Shown piece by piece: positions 58,401 to 64,000 of a stretch of 64,000 nucleotides of DNA. Position numbers and translations under genes: made by a program. The notes under the pieces are model-generated. The model was not told the origin of the DNA. It did not search any database and saw only the letters and a program-made list of their open reading frames with translations. Position 1 is the first letter of the stretch, and each line of letters opens with the position of its first letter. Source of the stretch: the human T2T-CHM13v2.0 reference genome, Homo sapiens; assembly GCF_009914755.1 (NCBI RefSeq), contig NC_060939.1; one strand, 5' to 3'.

Positions 58401-61400
58401 AGTTCTTTGTGCTGTGTGTGTTCAACTCACAGAGTGGAACTTTTCTTTTGATTAAGCAGTTTTGAAACAATCTTTTTTAGAATCTGCAAGTGGATATTTT
58501 GAACGCTTTGCGGCCTCTGTTGGAAAAGGTAATATCTTCACATAAACTAGACAGAAGCTTTCTGAGAAATTTCCTTTGATGTGTGCCTTCATTTCACAGA
58601 GTTGAACCTTTCCTTTGATTGAGCAGTTCTGAAACACTCTTTTTGTAGAATCTGCAAGTGGATATTTGGAGCGCTGTGTGGCCTCTGGTGGAAAAGGAAA
58701 TATCTTCACATAAAAACTAGACAGAAGCATTCTGAGAAACTTCTTCATGATGTGTGCATTCATCTCACAGAGTTGAACCTTTCTTTTGATTGAGCAGTTT
58801 TGAAACACTCTTTTTGCAGAATCTGCAAGTGGATATGTGGAGCACTTTGAGGCCATGATAGAAAAGAAAATATCTTCACATAAGAACTAGACAGAATCAT
58901 TCTAAGATACTTATTTGTGATGTGCACATTCAACTCACAGAGTTGAACATTTCTTTTGATTGAGCAGTTTTGAAACACTCTTTTTGTAGAATCAGCAGTT
59001 GGATATTTAGAGCGCTTTCAGGCCTATGGTGGAAAAGGAAATATCTTCACATAAAAACTAGACAGAAGCATTCTGAGAAACTTTTTTGTGACGTGTGCAT
59101 TCAACTCACAGAGTTGAACATGTCTTTTTATTGAGCAGTTTGGATACATTCTTTTCGTACCATCTTCAAATTTGTATTTGGACAGCTTTGAGGCCTATAG
59201 TGGAAAAGGAAATATCTGCACATAAAAACTAGATAGAAGCATTCGGAGAAACTTCTTTGGATGTGTGCATTCATCTCACAGAGTTGAACCATTCTTTTGA
59301 TTGAGCAGTTTTGAAACACTTTTTGTAGAATCTGCAAGTGGATATTTGGATCACTTTGAGGCATACGGTGGAAAAGAATATATCTTCCCATAAAAGTAGT
59401 CAGAAGCATTCTGAGAAACTTCTTTGTGATGTGTGTTTTCAACTCACAGAGTTGAACCTTTATTTTGATTGAGCAGTTCTGAAACACACTTTTTATAGAA
59501 TCTGCAATTGGATATTTGGATTGCTTTGTGGCCTCTTGTGGAAAAGGAAATATCTTCACATAAAACCTACAAGGAATCATTTTGAGAAACTTCTTTGTGA
59601 TGTGTGCTTTCAGCTCACAGAGTTGAACCTTTCTTTTGGTTGAGCAGTTTTGAAACACTGTTTTTGTAGAATCTGCAAGTGGATATTTAGAACGCTTTGA
59701 TGCCTATGGTGGAAAAGGAAATATCTTCACATGAAAACTAGACAGAAGCATTCTGAGAAACTTCTTTGCGTTGTGTGCATTCATCTCACAGAGTTGGACT
59801 TTCTTTTTGTTGAGCAGTTTGGAAACACTCTTTTTGTAGAGTCTGCCATTGGACATTTGGAGCGCTTTGAATCCTATGGTGGAAAAGGACATATCTTCAC
59901 ATAAGAACTATAAAGCAGGTTTTCTAAAAACAACCTTGTGATGTGTGCATTCATCTCACAGAGGTAAGTGTTTCTTTTCTGTAATCAGTCTGGAAACTCT
60001 GTTCTTGTACAATCTCAAAAGCGGTATTTTTGAGCACATTGAGGCCTATTGTGATAAAGGAAATATCTTCACATTCAAAGTATAAAGGAAGTTTCTGAGA
60101 TACTTCTTTGTGATATGTGCATTCATCTCACAGATTTGATCGTCTCTTTTAATTCAGCCGTTTGGAAACAGTCTTTTTGAAGAATCTGCAAACGGATATT
60201 TGTGAGCACTTTGAGGGCTATGCAGGAAAAGAAGTATCTTCACAGAAAACCATAAAGAAGGTTTCTGAGAAACTGTTTTTTGATGTCTGCATTCATCTCG
60301 CAGAGGTAAACAATTCTTTTCTTTGATCAGTTGGGAAACTCTGTTCTTGTAGGATCTGCTAAGGGACATTTTTGAGTGCCTAGGGCCCTATGGTGAAAAA
60401 GATATTGTCTTCACATAAAAATTAGACAGAGGCCTACTGAGAAACTTCTTGGTGATGTGTGCATTCATCTCACAGAATTGTAACTTTCTTTTGATTAAGC
60501 AGTTTAGAAACGTCTTTTTGTGGAATCTGTAAAAGGATATTTCTGATCACTTTGAGGCCTATGGTGAAAGAGAAAGTATCGCCTACTGAGAAATTTCTTG
60601 GTGATGTGTGCATTCATCTCACAGAATTGAAACTTTCTTTTGATTAAGCAGTTTGGAAACATCTTTTTGTGGAATCTGTAAAGGGAAATTTCTGAGCACT
60701 TTGAGGCCTATGGTGAAAGAGAAAGTATCTTCACATAAAAACTATACTAAAGATTTCTGAGAAACTGCTTTCTGATGTATGTATTCATCTCACAGATTTC
60801 AACAATTCTTTTGATTGAGCAGTTGGGAAACCATCTTTTTGTAGAATCTGCAAAGGGATATTTGTGAGCACTTTGAGGTCTATGGTTAAAAGGAAATATC
60901 TTCACATAAAAACTATAAAGAAGGTTTGTGAGAAACTTCTTTATGATGTGTGCATTCATCTCACAGAGTTGAACCATTCCTTTGACTCAGTGGTTTGGAA
61001 ACAGTCCTTTTTTAGGATCTGCAAAGGGATATTTTTGAGCACTTTGAGGCCCATGGTGAAAAAGGAAACACTTTCACATAAAAACTAGAAGCTTTCTGAG
61101 AATCATCTTTTTGATATGTGCATTCATCCCACAGAGGTGAGCCTTTCTTTTGATGAGCATTTTGGAAGCAGTATTTGGTAGAATTTCCAAAGGGTTATTA
61201 GTTAGTGTTTTGTGTCCTATGTTGGAAAAGGAATTATTTTTACATAAAAACTAGACAGAATGTTTCTGAGAAACTGACTTGTGATGTGTGTTTTCATCTC
61301 ACAGAGGTAACCATTTCTTTTCATTGAACAGATTGGAAATTCTGTTCTTGTAAAATCTGCAAAGTGATATTTGTCAGCATTTTGAGGCCTATGGTGAAAA

Positions 61401-64000
61401 AGGAATTATCTTCACATAAAAACTAGACAGAAGATTTCTGTGAAACATCTTGGAGATGCGAGAATTCATCTCACAGAGTTGAAACATTCTTCTGATTGGG
61501 CAGTTTGTAAACAATATTTTGGTAGAATCTGCAAAGGGATATTTGTGACGCTTTGAAGCCTATGGTGAAAATGAAATATTTTCACATGAAAACTAGAGAG
61601 AAGCTTTCTGAGAAACCTCCTTGTGATGTGTGCATTCATCTCACAGATTTGAAACTTTCTTTGGATTGAGAAATTTGGAAACAGTATTTTTGTAGAATCT
61701 GTAAAGTCATATTTTTGAGTGGTATGAGGCCTATGATGAAATAGGAAATATCTTCACATAAAAACTAGACAGAAGCTTTCTGAGAAACTTCTTTGTGATG
61801 TGTGCATTCATCTCGTAGAGTTCAACCATTCTTTTGATTGAACAGTTTGGAAACAGTCTTTTTGTAGAATCTGCAAAGGGATATTTATGAGTGCTTTGAG
61901 GCCTATGGTGAAAAAGGAAATGTATTCACATAAAAAGTATAAACAAGGTTTCTCAGAAACATCTTTGTGATGTATGCATTCATCTCACAGAGGTAAACGT
62001 TTATTTTCTCTGATCTGTCTGGAAACTGTTCTTGTAGATTCTGCAAAGGGATATTTGTGAGTACTTTGAGGCCTATGGTGAAAAAGGAAATATCTTCACA
62101 TAAAAATTAGAGAGAGGTTTTCTGAGAAACCTCTTTGTGATGTGGGCACTCATCTCACAAAGTTGAAACTTACTTTTGATTGAGCAGTATGGAAACCATC
62201 TGTTTGTGGAATCTGCAAAGGGATATTTATGAGAGCTTTGAGGCCAATTGTGAAAAAGGAAATATATTTATATAAAAGGTATAAAGAAGGTTTCTTAGAA
62301 ACAGCTTTGTGGTGTGTGCATTGATCTCAGAGAGGTAAACGTTTATTTTCTATGATCAGTCTGGAAACTGTTCTTGTAGAATCTGCAAAGGGATATTTGT
62401 GAGTGCTTTGAGGCCTATGATGAAAAAGGAAATATCTTCACATAAAAACTAGACAGAAGTTTTCTTAGTGGCTTCTTTGTGATGTGTGCAATCATCTCAC
62501 AGATTTGAACCATTCTTTTGATTGAGCAGTCTGGAAACAGTCTTTTTGTAGAATCTGCAAGGGATATTTGTCACGACTTGGAGTGCTATGGTGAAAAAGG
62601 AAATATCTTCACATAAAAAATGGACAGAAGATATCTGAGAAACCTCTTTGGGATGTGTGCATCCATCTCACAGAGTTCAACCATTTATTTGATTGAGAAG
62701 TTGGGAAGCAGTCTTTTTGCAGAATCTACAAAGGGATATTGCTGAGCAATTTGATGCCTGAGTTGAAAAAGGAAATACTTCACATAAAAACTATAAAGAA
62801 GGTTTCTGAGAAACTTTTTTGTGATGTATGCATTCATCTTACAGAGTTGAACTATTCTTTTGATTGAGTACTTTGGAAACAATCTTTTTGTAGAATCTGC
62901 AAAGGGATATTTTTGAGTGCTTTGAGTCCTAGGGAGAAAAAAGAAACATCATCACATAAAAAGTATAAAGAAAGTTTCTGAGAAAAAGTTTTATGATGTG
63001 TGTATTCATCTCACAGACAAAAACGTTTGTTTTGTTTGATCAGTCTGGAAATTCTGTTCTTGTAGAATCTGCTAAGGGATATTTGTGAGCAGATGGAGGC
63101 CTATGGTGAAAAAGGAAATGACTTCATATAAAAATTAGACAGAAGCCTCCTGCAAAACTTCTTAGTGATGTGTGCATTCATCTCACAGAGTAGAAACTTT
63201 TTTTTCATTGAGCCGTTTGGAAACAGTCTTTTTGTAGACTCTGCAAATGGAAATTTGAGCACTTTGAGGCCTATGGTGAAAAATGAAATAGATTCACATA
63301 AAAACCAGACTGAAACTTTCTGAGAAGCTTCTTTGAGATGTGTGCATTCATCTCACAAAGTTCAATAATTCTTTATATTGAGTAGTTTGGAACAATCTTT
63401 TTGTAGAATCTGCAAAGAGATATTTGTGAGGGCTTTGAGGCCTATGGTGAAAAAGGAAATATCTTCACAGAGAAGCTATAAAGAAGGTTTCTGATAAACT
63501 TCTTTGTGATGTGTGCATTCATCTCACACAGTTCAAACTTTCTTTTGATTGAGCAGTTTGGGAACAGTCTTTTTAAATATTCTTCAAGTGGATACTTGTG
63601 AGCACCTTGAGGCTCATGGGGAAAAAGGAAACATTCACATAAAAACTTAATAGAAGCTTTCTGAGAAACCACTTTTTGACGTGTGCATTCATCTCACAGA
63701 GTTGAATCTTTCTTTGAATGAGCAGTGTGGAAACAATCTTTTTGTAGAATCTGCAAAGGGACAATTTTGAGCACTTTGCATCCTGTGGTGGAAAAGGAGA
63801 TACCTTCACATAAAAACTAGACAGAATGTTTCTCAGAAACTGCTTTGAGATATGTGCATTCATCTCCCAGATGTGTCTGTTTCTTTTCATTGAGAAGATT
63901 GGAAACTCTTTTCTTGTAAGATCTGCAAAGGGATATTTGTGAGCCCTTTGAGGTGTATGGTGAAAAAGGAAATATCTTCACATGAAAACTACACAGAAGC
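52492..64000 (+). repeat. Alpha satellite block 6 with three sub-domains (~52.5-55.7, ~55.8-59.9 and ~59.9-64 kb)
   Basis: ~171-bp monomers to the window end. The diagnostic words change at ~55.8 kb and ~59.9 kb. Confidence 0.97.

Overview
Hominoid (human-like) pericentromeric DNA. About 85% is ~171-bp alpha satellite, all in one orientation. It consists of diverged A-type monomers (pJalpha-type box, no CENP-B box seen) with many local multimer duplications and several sequence-distinct layers. Five primate LINE-1 insertions interrupt it: one dead full-length L1PA4/early L1PA3-like element that keeps the ~129-bp ZNF93-target segment, three 5'-truncated copies, and one twin-primed 5'-inverted L1PA2-like copy. 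I see no intact protein-coding gene, RNA gene or CRISPR array, and no convincing previously undescribed biological system. The interest lies in satellite and retrotransposon history: empty-site paralogs, a near-identical 325-bp tract, relic higher-order repeats and layer boundaries. All coordinates and alignments were made by eye. L1 and satellite subfamily calls rely on consensus sequences recalled from memory.
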